A DNA stretch of 64,000 nucleotides, taken from Nemertoderma westbladi. Lineage: Eukaryota; Animalia; Xenacoelomorpha. Made by a program: the position numbers and the translations under genes. This document shows, one piece after another, positions 1 to 10,684 of the stretch; positions within the stretch are counted from its first letter, which is position 1, and each line of letters starts with the position of its first letter. The notes beneath the pieces are model-generated. The model was not told where the DNA came from. It did no database searches and was given only the letters and a program-made list of their open reading frames with translations. The stretch spans positions 12,028 to 76,027 of the forward strand of contig JAUCBJ010007129.1 in the NCBI GenBank assembly GCA_032718475.1, in the 5' to 3' direction.

Positions 1-2573
1 GAATATCCCAATGGAGACGAACAACCGTCGATACCTAAAGAGGTGAGGTCTCTATAGGGGTGTCGACAGCAGGCGGCGGTGGACTCGTGAGGGTCTGGGG
101 GCACGTTAAATTGTTGTTATAGTGCAAGGGAGTCACTGAAGGCCCTCGTGTCTAACGAACCATGAATTGCCATGGTGCCGTGGTACCGTCTAGTCGGCCT
201 GTTGCCGTACTGCCAGTCCTGTACACAGTAGGGGTGGTGGCATGGCGTGATTTGTGGCTCATGTGGCGTGAACTATGTTTTGTATGTGGGCGATCAGTGG
301 CAGTTTGCTTGGGGCTTGGATGGTTCCATTGGCCGTCAGCTGTTCCGTTTTTTTGATACTATATGTTATTGTCTCCATGTTCAGCTGATTGGTCTTTGGT
401 GGCATTGGAAAAACCGTCGGGTCTTGAGCTTTCTGTTACTGTGGGTACGTGAGTACACGTGATTGTATGTGTGGCCACTGCGAGTGGGTATGGGAACCCT
501 TGCCAGTTGGACAAGACGCCGCTGGTATTAGTAGGACCATACTTTACTGCACCCCAGCATACTTTGTGCACACAAAGTTATTTTACCCTGTCGGTAAAAT
601 AAAGTACTCTCGACTCTTTTCGAGTTTCAGTCGATACAATTTTGTCCCCTCTGAATTTGTCCCTTCCGATTTTGACCCCGATTTTGTCTTTACCCGATTA
701 TGTCCTCTGTGTGTGCATGGTATGTGTCAGATTTTGTGTTTACCGTAGTGTACTTGATTTCGTGAACATCTGTTGAAGTACACGTGTACAGGACGGGTAA
801 GTGGTTACTTGTTTCTAGCTTTCGAGCTAGTCAGTATTGTTGAGGAACGGTGTCCCCTCAATACTGCCGGCGAGGCAGGTGAAAACGAGTCAAAATTCCA
901 TGTTGGGTAGCGCAAGCCCACGTGGGACAAGACCGTCGGTTAGGCCCAAGGGCGACCTTGGTGCTCGATCGCTATCGACTGGTCCACCTGCCGGTTGACT
1001 CTTTGTTATACTTTGAGTTGGCTCAATGTACAGTCAGGCCACAGTAAGTTGACAGTAGCCGCCCATCTGGCTACACGTTCGACGAGCTGTGCTGGTGTGA
1101 TCGGGGGACCGAAAACAGAACCCGGGAAGCATCAGGCCACCCTCCGGCCCGGTCTGATAATAACATCTGTCGGACTGGCCCCAGGGGTGGTGGAAAGGTG
1201 TTCGCCTCATGGGTGCGCCTCGGAGTCATCAGAGAGGAGCCCAGAAGGACACAAGCGCGCGCTCCTGACCACTGACCAACTGAAGGGATTCAGTGTAATC
1301 CCGATTAAGATCACTGGCACAAAGGGGAGTAAGAGGATCTACGCGATTCTAGATTCAGCCTCATCTCACAGTTACGTGGATGAAAAGATAGCTGACGTCG
1401 TGACGGATCTCAGACAAGGTAAACACGTCAGTTATACAGTAAGTAGTATGCACGGACAGCGTGCAATACCAGTGACACGAGTTAAGTTGGACTTAGACTC
1501 TCTTCTTCCAAAATCGCAACACAGCGAGAGGGAGAGGTCTTTGTTACCCTTTAGAGATCTAACCTTTGCGGCCACGAAGGACTTTAGTAACCTACTAGGT
1601 CCAGTGCCGGAACAATCTCTGGAGGACCGTAAGTATTTCAGACACCTTGGTGTACCCGAATGTCCTGTCAATTATAGATCGGTAGCAATGCTGATCGGGA
1701 CGGACCAATTCAACCTACATCAGGTGTGGGAAACCAGACCATCGGCAGTTGTAGCAGGAAACGCATACGCCTGCAGAACGCCGATAGGGTGGTATACACG
1801 AGCGCCTGTGCGCACACTAGACGTAAGTGACGAGGAAGACGATGTACAGAGTACATGCAGTTTATTAACTACAAACTCAATTCATTCCTTTTCACACGAC
1901 GTGAACCATACTACACTACAGTCGACAAAACATCACAGACGTGTAACTAGTATGATAAGTCACAAGGAGCAGCTAACCCACAAGGTGAGTTTAGGACTTG
2001 GGGGGAAGACGAGTCAGCTAGAGATTCCATCGACGACAGATGATAGGCTTGCGAGTCTACCTACCCCAATAACCTCAACAGTGCCCGTCGATATCGATGA
2101 TGACGCGTTGAAAATTCATCAGTTGGAACAAGCCGCCTTGGACAAAGAATTAACGGAGAAGACTATCAGGTGGTTAGAACAAGATACAGCTGAACCTGGT
2201 AGCTACGAACCTTGTATGTCGGAACAGGAGAAACAATCCCTAAAGATCATGGAGGATACTATCCGACAGACGGAGGACGGACATTACGAGGTGGGGATGT
2301 TATGGCGTAGCCAAAGTCCTAAACTTATAAATAACTACCCACTGGCTTTAAGACGTCTACACTCAATACGACAACGTCTATTAAAGGACGAGAAAGCCCA
2401 TCTGCAGTACAACACTCAGATGGAGACGTATTTGACTGAAGGATACGCTATCCGAATGACTAACCCGGAGCGAGTGACCGACCAGACATACTACCTGCCA
2501 CATCACTATGTGAGACACCCCGACAAACCAGATAAAGTACGCGTAGTCAATGATTGTGCGGCTCTATTTGAGG
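1..2573 (+). repeat. Partial upstream copy of element A pol (protease to start of RT), interrupted by a 1225-bp insert
   Basis: 1-32 is identical to 5102-5133. 1258-2573 matches 5134-6449 (offset 3876) with only a few substitutions, then the sequence jumps into gag at 2574. Confidence 0.95.
33..1257 (+). mobile_element. Foreign insert without TSD; probable LTR-retrotransposon fragment (candidate LTR 61-768)
   Basis: Splits the sequence GAT|CGC that is contiguous at 5131-5136. Purine run AGGGG then TG at 61, AATAAA at 598-603, and a GTGAACA end at 768 like the other LTR ends in this window. Confidence 0.5.
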
Positions 2574-5500
2574 TTAGAGTTGGACATTGCACAACAAGCG
2601 GCAGCGGCCGAGTTAGCGCAACGAACAGCAGCGGCCGAGTTAGAGCGACAAGCGGCAGCGGCCGAGTTAGAGCGGCAGCGGCAGCGGCCGAGTCAGCGGC
2701 AGCGGCAGCGGCAGCGTCCGAGTTGGAGCGACAGAGGTTAGCTTCAGAAGCGAGAACCGAAATGAAAAAACGGCAAATAAAGGCTCAATCAGCTATACGA
2801 CAAGCGGAGTTCGAGGCGCAACAACAACAAACGGAACAACGCGAGAAAGAAGTTAAACTTCGTTTCGAACTCGAGAAGAAGGCGAGAGAATTAGCCAACG
2901 CCAAGGAAGACCTGGATCTACAAGCCCGCGATCGATCGATGAGATCTCGAGACGGACATGACTTGGACCAGATAGAGGTAAGACATCGCCAAATTCAGGA
3001 ACGGAAGAAGGAAGGAAGCGTGGGAGCACCCGGACGGGAACGACAATTAGTAAAGGACTTGTGTCAACGATTCCCACAGGTAACTCATATGTTTGCACCG
3101 GTTACGACTAAGGAACCTGTTTCGATTGCGGGTAGTAGCGATATTTCTCCTATCCATGGTGCGACGGAACACAGGTTTGTTATTCCGGGCGAGTTTACAC
3201 CGCCAAGAGCAACGTCGTCGCCTATTCCGAAAGTCAAGGTAAGTAACCCACCGATTACGGATCGTAGTAGTTTATTGACCGGACCTGCGCTACTGACGAC
3301 AAAACAGGTGAGTCCACCGTCGACACCTAAACCCGTTACACACTACGCTTACCCAATGACGTTTCGACCAACAAGGCCTTTGGATTCAAATGCTGTCATT
3401 CGCCCACCGTTCAACCAATTTACATCGCAATCTACGACTTCGAGGAAGACTTGTGAGCCTACCGAACAACGAAAGCGAGACGATGTTCCGAAACGAACCG
3501 TTAGAATTAGTACGACGCAACGGACGCGAGCACGTCGACCACCATATCCAGATGATAGTAGTACTTCGAGCGAATCGGATTACCCGAAACGCGAGGTATT
3601 TAGAACGGGGGCGGCCGATGAATATAAACGCGAGCGTTCAGACAACTCTTTTGCAGATAATCCTCCACAGAATACACCAACACAGAAGGCGTTACAACCA
3701 ACGGACGCAATTAGTACACAACAGTTCGCCGACATTCTGCGACCAGTTGTCAATAAGTTGGCTCAGATCGAGGAGCGTCTGGAGGAAGTTCAAACCGACA
3801 GTTCGAGAAATTCCGAATTCGAACACAATAGACACCCGAAGGAACCACAAAGACCGGTACCTTCAAACCCCATATCGTATCAGGGAAAAGCGCCAAGAAG
3901 GGATATCAACCAGTGTACCAACCAAGGACGCGAAACTCTGAACGTTGCTGAGGAGATAGCAAAATTCGCAGCCAGACAGGGATTGCCGGTACAACAACCA
4001 CCGAAGTTTTCCGGTAGCTCAAAACACTGGCATACCTTCGTAGACTATATCGAATCCCAGATCGCCGTGTGCGCCTTTACATCACGGGAGAAGTTCAATT
4101 ACTTGCTCCAAACGTTGTCAGGAGAACCTAAACGTTTGGCGGAGACTTTCGTCGGTGTACCGGACGCTTTCGAACTAGCGTACGATCGTTTAACTTCGAT
4201 ATACGGAGGTACAGTGAGCATGGCCAGGTCAGTAATAGAGGAACTCTGTAAGGGAGGGGCTATCACTAAACCCGTCGACTTACTAAAACTAGCTGACGAA
4301 ATCAAGAACGCTATCACTACCTTAAGATCAATTGGACAACTTGATTACGGGAATACCCCTACAGTCCTATTAAAGATAATAGGACGACTCCACCATCGAC
4401 TTCGTCGGGAGTGGAGGAAGGTCGAATACCAGCGAGAGGAGCGGGGAGGATTCTTAAAATTAGAAGATGTGTACCTTTTAATATCCAGGGAGGCGGTAGT
4501 AGAAACTCGATCTAACTATACCGACCAGCACATCGTGGCAGAAGGGATCACACTGCCATCCTCCAACCGACAAAAACCCCAGACAACATCCACTAAGACG
4601 GCCACTTACGCAACACCGACGGAATCACGACAATTCTCAGACGGTAATAGAGTATCTGCGCCCATTGGGACGAAACAGACGAGACAGCAACTCAGCATCG
4701 ACTTCAACGGCTGCCAATACTGCGAGCATCTAGGTAAGCGGTATATCGGTCACAAGTTACGAGGTTGTCGACAATTTCGCGAGTTGAACTCGGAAGAACG
4801 ACGGCTGCAAATACGGCCACTGGACTCTTGTTGGCGATGTACACGACACGGACACGTGCGTAAGGATTGCCCAAATACTGACACTTGTCCATCCTGTGGA
4901 CGCAACCACGACGGTCTGCTCCACACAGACAGCCACACGCCGACGAAACGCTTCGCCAGGGAACACCCGGAAGCAGCAGCGAGATGTGATGCGGCCTACC
5001 GAAAACGAGAATCGAAAACGACTCCGACCTTCGTGACACATATTGAGGATTGCTTCTCAGAACAATCCGGATCGTCGGACGAAGAATCAGAAGACGACGA
5101 CGAATATCCCAATGGAGACGAACAACCGTCGATCGCGCTCCTGACTACTGATCAACTGAAGGGATTCAGTGTAATCCCGATTAAAGTTACTGGCACAAAG
5201 GGGAGCAAGAGGATCTACGCGATTCTAGATTCAGCCTCATCTCATAGCTACGTGGATGAAAAGATAGCTGACGTCGTGACGGATCTCAGACAAGGTAAAC
5301 ACGTCAGTTATACAGTAAGTAGTATGCACGGACAGCGTGCAATACCAGTGACACGAGTTAAGTTGGACTTAGACTCTCTTCTTCCAAAATCGCAGCATAG
5401 CGAGAGGGAGAGGTCTTTGTTGCCCTTTAGAGATCTAACCTTTGCGGCCACGAAGGACTTTAGTAACCTACTAGGTCCAGTGCCGGAACAATCTCTGGAG

Positions 5501-7930
5501 GACCGTAAGTATTTCAGACACCTTGGTGTACCCGAATGTCCTGTCAATTATAGATCGGTAGCAATGCTGATCGGGACGGACCAATTCAACCTACATCAGG
5601 TGTGGGAAACCAGACCATCGGCAGTTGTAGCAGGAAACGCATACGCCTGCAGAACGCCGATAGGGTGGTATACACGAGCGCCTGTGCGCACACTAGACGT
5701 AAGTGACGAGGAAGACGATGTACAGAGTACATGCAGTTTATTAACTACAAACTCAATTCATTCCTTTTCACACGACGTGAACCATACTACACTACAGTCG
5801 ACAAAACATCACAGACGTGTAACTAGTATGATAAGTCACAAGGAGCAGCTAACCCACAAGGTGAGTTTAGAACTTGGGGAGAAGACGAATCAGCTAGAGA
5901 TTCCATCGACGACAGATGATAGGCTTGCGAGTCTACCTACCCCAATAACCTCAACAGTGCCCGTCGATATCGATGATGACGCGTTGAAAATTCATCAGTT
6001 GGAACAAGCCGCCTTGGACAAAGAATTAACGGAGAAGACTATCAGGTGGTTAGAACAAGATACAGCTGAACCTGGTAGCTACGAACCTTGTATGTCGGAA
6101 CAGGAGAAACAATCCCTAAAGATCATGGAGGATACTATCCGACAGACGGAGGACGGACATTACGAGGTGGGGATGTTATGGCGTAGCCAAAGTCCTAAAC
6201 TTATAAATAACTACCCACTGGCTTTAAGACGTCTACACTCAATACGACAACGTCTATTAAAGGACGAGAAAGCCCATCTGCAGTACAACACTCAGATGGA
6301 GACGTATTTGACTGAAGGATACGCTATCCGAATGACTAACCCGGAGCGAGTGACCGACCAGACATACTACCTGCCACATCACTATGTGAGACACCCCGAC
6401 AAACCAGATAAAGTACGCGTAGTCAATGATTGTGCGGCTCTATTTGAGGGAATGTCCCTCAATAGTGAGTTGATGGATGGACCGAACATGAATAATTATC
6501 TTATGGGGGTGATTATGCGCTTCCGTCAGCGCCAAGTAGCCTTTACTTGCGACGTTGAAGCGATGTTTCACCAAGTAAAAGCGTTAGAGCGAGACAGAGA
6601 CAGTTTGCGGTTTCTCTGGTATCCGGAAGGGGACTTAAGTCTACCACCAGCGACTTACCAAATGCAAGTTCGCGTTTTCGGTGCCAGAGACAGCCCAAAT
6701 TGTACGATGTACGCCTTGAAGCAAGCCGCTAGAGATCAGAAACATCTGTATGACCCAGAGATAATTAGAATTGTAGAACGTGACTTTTACGTTGATGACG
6801 GATTACAGAGTTGCGACACAGTAGAACGTGCTACAACAGTAGCACATCAATTACGGGACTGCTTGGCGGGCGGAGGTTTTAACCTCACCAAATTCGCCTC
6901 AAACAGTGCCGAATTAGTTGACTCATTCGGAACTACTGAGCGTGGAGGTGGTGACATAGACCTAGAGTTCGAACCACTACCGACGACTAAGGTGTTGGGG
7001 CTCTTTTGGGACCCAAACACAGACAACTTTCGAGTGAAGGTGAGACTGGACAGTCAAGGAAACACACTGACCAAGAGATCATGCTTGTCAAAATTGAGCC
7101 GATTGTTCGATCCGTTAGGATTCATCAGTCCAGTGATACTGCAAGCCCGCATTTATATGCGCAGTATATGGAAGGATGGACTAACATGGGACGAGCCGAT
7201 CTCATCAGACCAAGTGGACTTATGGAAAACCTGGGAGGCGGAATTATCTTCACTAGAGGATTATTTCATACCCAGGGTTTACTTTCCATTACAGAGTACA
7301 TTTCCTGACAACTTGGAACTACACTGTTTTTCTGACGCCAGTGACAACGGTTTTGGTGTGGCAGCGTATTTGCGCAGACAAGTAGAATCGGACGAGTTCG
7401 ATGTTTCGCTCATTACTTCTAAGGCTAAGACCATGCCTACTAAGTATATGACGACACCACGAGCCGAGCTACAAGCCGCGACCCTGTCAACCACCATCGT
7501 GAACCTCATACAGACAGAACTACAGTCGAGTTTACAGATATTTTATTGGACTGACGCGACGTTAGTTTTATTTTACATAAACAACGACACACTCGAATTC
7601 AAGACATTCGTAGCTAACCGTCGCGCGGAAATTCTAGACCGTTCAATAAAAGAGGATTGGCGACATTGTCCCGGACCACAAAACCCAGCTGATATTGCGT
7701 CGCGAGGAATGATGCCTGAGGAATTCTGTAAACCGGAGAACAAAGAGTTTTGGCAACACGGACCCCAGTTCTTGCAGAAATCGACACAAGATTGGCCTCC
7801 GTTGTACGACAACAAGTCCAACACCATTCCTAAGGACGCCGAAATCAAGAAACCAAAAAAGGGGAAGACAAAGAAAAAGACGACGGCGGCAAAACTCAAG
7901 AAAAACCGAAGGCGAAATGGAAAGATATAA
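995..7930 (+). CDS. BEL/Pao Gag-Pol (Gag, aspartic protease, RT, RNase H); portion before 2574 is a chimeric product of duplication and insertion
   Basis: Gag PPKFSG..W..F; knuckles CQYC..H..C, CWRCTRHGHVRKDC, CPSCGRNH; protease ILDSAS; RT YLPHH, KVRVVNDC, DVEAMFHQ, FYVDD; RNase H LHCFSDAS, PRAELQAA, WTDA, NPADIASRG. Confidence 0.93.
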   Translation: MTLCYTLSWLNVQSGHSKLTVAAHLATRSTSCAGVIGGPKTEPGKHQATLRPGLIITSVGLAPGVVERCSPHGCASESSERSPEGHKRALLTTDQLKGFSVIPIKITGTKGSKRIYAILDSASSHSYVDEKIADVVTDLRQGKHVSYTVSSMHGQRAIPVTRVKLDLDSLLPKSQHSERERSLLPFRDLTFAATKDFSNLLGPVPEQSLEDRKYFRHLGVPECPVNYRSVAMLIGTDQFNLHQVWETRPSAVVAGNAYACRTPIGWYTRAPVRTLDVSDEEDDVQSTCSLLTTNSIHSFSHDVNHTTLQSTKHHRRVTSMISHKEQLTHKVSLGLGGKTSQLEIPSTTDDRLASLPTPITSTVPVDIDDDALKIHQLEQAALDKELTEKTIRWLEQDTAEPGSYEPCMSEQEKQSLKIMEDTIRQTEDGHYEVGMLWRSQSPKLINNYPLALRRLHSIRQRLLKDEKAHLQYNTQMETYLTEGYAIRMTNPERVTDQTYYLPHHYVRHPDKPDKVRVVNDCAALFEVRVGHCTTSGSGRVSATNSSGRVRATSGSGRVRAAAAAAESAAAAAAASELERQRLASEARTEMKKRQIKAQSAIRQAEFEAQQQQTEQREKEVKLRFELEKKARELANAKEDLDLQARDRSMRSRDGHDLDQIEVRHRQIQERKKEGSVGAPGRERQLVKDLCQRFPQVTHMFAPVTTKEPVSIAGSSDISPIHGATEHRFVIPGEFTPPRATSSPIPKVKVSNPPITDRSSLLTGPALLTTKQVSPPSTPKPVTHYAYPMTFRPTRPLDSNAVIRPPFNQFTSQSTTSRKTCEPTEQRKRDDVPKRTVRISTTQRTRARRPPYPDDSSTSSESDYPKREVFRTGAADEYKRERSDNSFADNPPQNTPTQKALQPTDAISTQQFADILRPVVNKLAQIEERLEEVQTDSSRNSEFEHNRHPKEPQRPVPSNPISYQGKAPRRDINQCTNQGRETLNVAEEIAKFAARQGLPVQQPPKFSGSSKHWHTFVDYIESQIAVCAFTSREKFNYLLQTLSGEPKRLAETFVGVPDAFELAYDRLTSIYGGTVSMARSVIEELCKGGAITKPVDLLKLADEIKNAITTLRSIGQLDYGNTPTVLLKIIGRLHHRLRREWRKVEYQREERGGFLKLEDVYLLISREAVVETRSNYTDQHIVAEGITLPSSNRQKPQTTSTKTATYATPTESRQFSDGNRVSAPIGTKQTRQQLSIDFNGCQYCEHLGKRYIGHKLRGCRQFRELNSEERRLQIRPLDSCWRCTRHGHVRKDCPNTDTCPSCGRNHDGLLHTDSHTPTKRFAREHPEAAARCDAAYRKRESKTTPTFVTHIEDCFSEQSGSSDEESEDDDEYPNGDEQPSIALLTTDQLKGFSVIPIKVTGTKGSKRIYAILDSASSHSYVDEKIADVVTDLRQGKHVSYTVSSMHGQRAIPVTRVKLDLDSLLPKSQHSERERSLLPFRDLTFAATKDFSNLLGPVPEQSLEDRKYFRHLGVPECPVNYRSVAMLIGTDQFNLHQVWETRPSAVVAGNAYACRTPIGWYTRAPVRTLDVSDEEDDVQSTCSLLTTNSIHSFSHDVNHTTLQSTKHHRRVTSMISHKEQLTHKVSLELGEKTNQLEIPSTTDDRLASLPTPITSTVPVDIDDDALKIHQLEQAALDKELTEKTIRWLEQDTAEPGSYEPCMSEQEKQSLKIMEDTIRQTEDGHYEVGMLWRSQSPKLINNYPLALRRLHSIRQRLLKDEKAHLQYNTQMETYLTEGYAIRMTNPERVTDQTYYLPHHYVRHPDKPDKVRVVNDCAALFEGMSLNSELMDGPNMNNYLMGVIMRFRQRQVAFTCDVEAMFHQVKALERDRDSLRFLWYPEGDLSLPPATYQMQVRVFGARDSPNCTMYALKQAARDQKHLYDPEIIRIVERDFYVDDGLQSCDTVERATTVAHQLRDCLAGGGFNLTKFASNSAELVDSFGTTERGGGDIDLEFEPLPTTKVLGLFWDPNTDNFRVKVRLDSQGNTLTKRSCLSKLSRLFDPLGFISPVILQARIYMRSIWKDGLTWDEPISSDQVDLWKTWEAELSSLEDYFIPRVYFPLQSTFPDNLELHCFSDASDNGFGVAAYLRRQVESDEFDVSLITSKAKTMPTKYMTTPRAELQAATLSTTIVNLIQTELQSSLQIFYWTDATLVLFYINNDTLEFKTFVANRRAEILDRSIKEDWRHCPGPQNPADIASRGMMPEEFCKPENKEFWQHGPQFLQKSTQDWPPLYDNKSNTIPKDAEIKKPKKGKTKKKTTAAKLKKNRRRNGKI

Positions 7931-9603
7931 CTTCAAAGGTCAAGAGAGGAAGACTTGCGAGCCTTTCTACACCAGACATATCGCCAGACGGTCAACCAGA
8001 CACGTTACCAGACGGTCAACCAGACACGTTACCAGACGGTCAACCAGACATTCTACCAGACGCTAGTAACGTACTGACAAACAGTAAAGCCGCAGTTTCC
8101 CTATTGGAGCGGCATTCTATTGACAAACAACCAGATACGTTACCAGACGTATCGCCAGACACATTACTAGACAGTCGACTAGACATTTTGTCAGAAACAT
8201 CACAAAATGTTCTACCGGACATTAGTAATGTACCGACTAACAATAAAGCCGCAGTTTCCCTATTGGAGCGGCCTTGTATTGACAAACTACCAATTTTGAC
8301 ACACTTGAGCGACCATAAGCACGGTGAAACCTCATGTATTACAGATGTGGGTAGTACCTACGCTAATGTAAATACAGGTGTTACTTTGCGCTCAAGAGAC
8401 ATACCGAACTTGCAACCTATGATGAGACCTGGGATTAATGTCGGCAGGAAAATAAGTTTACCGAAACCTGCTGACCCCATAGAGTTCAAACCACCATTAA
8501 CGATCGACTTACAAAGTACCGACAATCAAGGTAAGAGGACAAAAGGGGACAAATTACTTGTAGACCCGGACGGATCAACAGTCAACAAGGGAATACTTAC
8601 CGGCGGACCCGTGGGCCCTTCTAGTAATTCAAAACCTTCCAAGTTCTCCATTGACTTACCTGATGACGTCACAAATACTTACGTCGACCGTATCGTAAAC
8701 TTAACAGATTCTTGGTCAAACGCTTGCCGAAAATTAGCGTGGATTGTACGTTTTGTACAATACGTTAAAGGCAAACGCGACTTTACACGTCGACTTACAT
8801 TGGCTGAGATTGACAGGTGTGAAATTAAATTAATTCGCCATTACCAACTGCGATATTTCGCGCGCGAATTCACATCTATAAATCAAGGTCAACCAATCAA
8901 GTCGTCACCGATACTGAGTTGGAGTCCGATTATTTATAATGGCTTGATTTGTCATAAATCTCGGCTTCAAAACATTGACTTTAACACAAACTTTAGATAC
9001 CCAATAATAATACCGCAACATCACGAACTACAACGTGCAATGATACTGGACGCACATTTACATCTGAAACACGCTGGAAGACACCACTGTCTTTCCTACT
9101 TACGTACTAGATTTGTATTAATTAGACCCAGTAAAGCATTAAGTTCAGTGACACGTACGTGTATTATTTGTAAAAAGGTACATTCTAGAATAGGTACCCA
9201 AGAAATGAGTGAACTACCACAAGCACGACTTCAAGCATTCAGACCACCTTTTACAGAGACTGGAATTGATTGCTTTGGTCCCATACATACGAAACGTGGA
9301 CGTATACTAGTAAAACGCTGGGGACTGATTTTCACATGTATGTCCAGTAGGGCAGTTCACATTGAACGTGTGATGGATCTTTCCACCAACGCGTTTATAC
9401 TAGCACTGCGGCGATTTATCGCTAGACGCGGACTAGTAAAATGCTTGTACTCAGACCAAGGGACAAACTTTGTTGGTGCTCGGAATGAGATTGCTAGAGC
9501 CTTTAAGAAATTAGATCATGATCAAATCTCGAACGAACTACAACCTCACAAGATTGTTTGGAAGTTTAATCCTCCAGATAGTCCTTGGAGAGTCCGGCTT
9601 TAA
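7834..9603 (+). pseudogene. Linker plus integrase (HHCC zinc finger, D,D core) in the -1 frame relative to pol; internal deletion near 9590
   Basis: Frame is open from 7834 through ORF 8104-9603. Motifs H..H..CIIC, GIDCFGP, RAVHIE, YSDQGTNF, FNPPDSPW. The expected GG.WER segment with the catalytic E is missing and the sequence resumes at LTPAHL. Confidence 0.9.
7972..8290 (+). repeat. Coding tandem repeats (24-bp PDGQPDTL units and a ~160-bp duplication) in the RH-IN linker
   Basis: ccagacggtcaaccagacacgtta is repeated; taaagccgcagtttccctattggagcggc occurs near 8085 and 8244. Confidence 0.85.
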
Positions 9604-9746
9604 CACCGGCACACCTGCTTATGCAGGCACCGACGACATGAACGCCGATTTCTATTCCAATAGAAAGCGACAGTTACGGTAGAAAAGCGTGGAAAATCAC
9701 GCAACTACTGGCTAACAAATTCTGGGAAATATGGCAAAACCATTAT

Positions 9747-10025
9747 TTGCCCTCTATTTCTGCCAGAACAAACTGGTACAATAACACCCGCGCATTAAAG
9801 CCGGGAGATCACGTGCTGTTGGCAGAAGTGAATCTAAAAAGACGCTTCTGGATAACAGGTGTCATTTTAGCCACACATCCATCTATGGATGGAGTGACAA
9901 GAACTGTGACGGTACGAACAATTGACGGTCGTACAGTAGACAGACCGACTCAACGTCTCGTACTTCTTGAAGAGACTCGTAACGAGTCTGGAGACTACAA
10001 ATCTCCACCTAATACTAGTAAATAA
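9747..10025 (+). CDS. BEL integrase C-terminal tail (DUF5641-like) fragment
   Basis: YLP....RTNW...LKPGDHVLL......W..G.I....PS.DG..R.V.V.....RP...L..L pattern. Confidence 0.85.
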   Translation: MPSISARTNWYNNTRALKPGDHVLLAEVNLKRRFWITGVILATHPSMDGVTRTVTVRTIDGRTVDRPTQRLVLLEETRNESGDYKSPPNTSK

Positions 10026-10684
10026 TTAGGAGTTTACAAATAGATTTCCACGTACCTGTACACCGTAGTAAGGACAGCGGTAGAATTCCATTGTCTTTAT
10101 ATGTGAACATTGAGGGTAGTACCCTTATGTGTCACATAGGAGCGGGATTTGTAGGTATAAGAAATGGAATTCTACTTGGAACTCACAATATTGAGACATT
10201 TTCGAAATTTTAGACAATCCATTTGGATTTGAAAAATTTTTAAAATTTTCTCCAGTGAATAGATTTCAGGGTACAGTCGGGTGGAACTTAAAATTAGAGA
10301 AACAAGAGAGGAAGACTTGCGAGCCTTTCTTAAAATTTTAATTAAATTTTACACGGTCTTGTTTCAATAAGTTACGACAAAATAGACTCCCCTATATTTA
10401 TTACTAATTCTTGACTGCTTATTTTCTGATAATAGTTTGGGATCAAAAAGTGAGTATTTTAGACTCACGGCCAGTTTAGCCCAAATTCGTTTTTATTTCG
10501 GCAAAAAATTTTAGATAAGAAGCAGCGTGTCATTAAAGAAACCCTAGATCTTAGGCTATGGGTAGGAGGTTAGAGCGTTGTCGAGCCCAAAGGGCAGACG
10601 AAACTCTCACGTCTCCTCACAACTAACTACAAACTCTGTTGTATTCCCTCTAGTAGTAATGATTATGTAACTACACCTCTAATT

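Noticed and set aside
995-1257. True N-terminus of Gag-Pol
   Set aside because: It lies in a foreign insert and starts at TTG; the open frame is coincidental.
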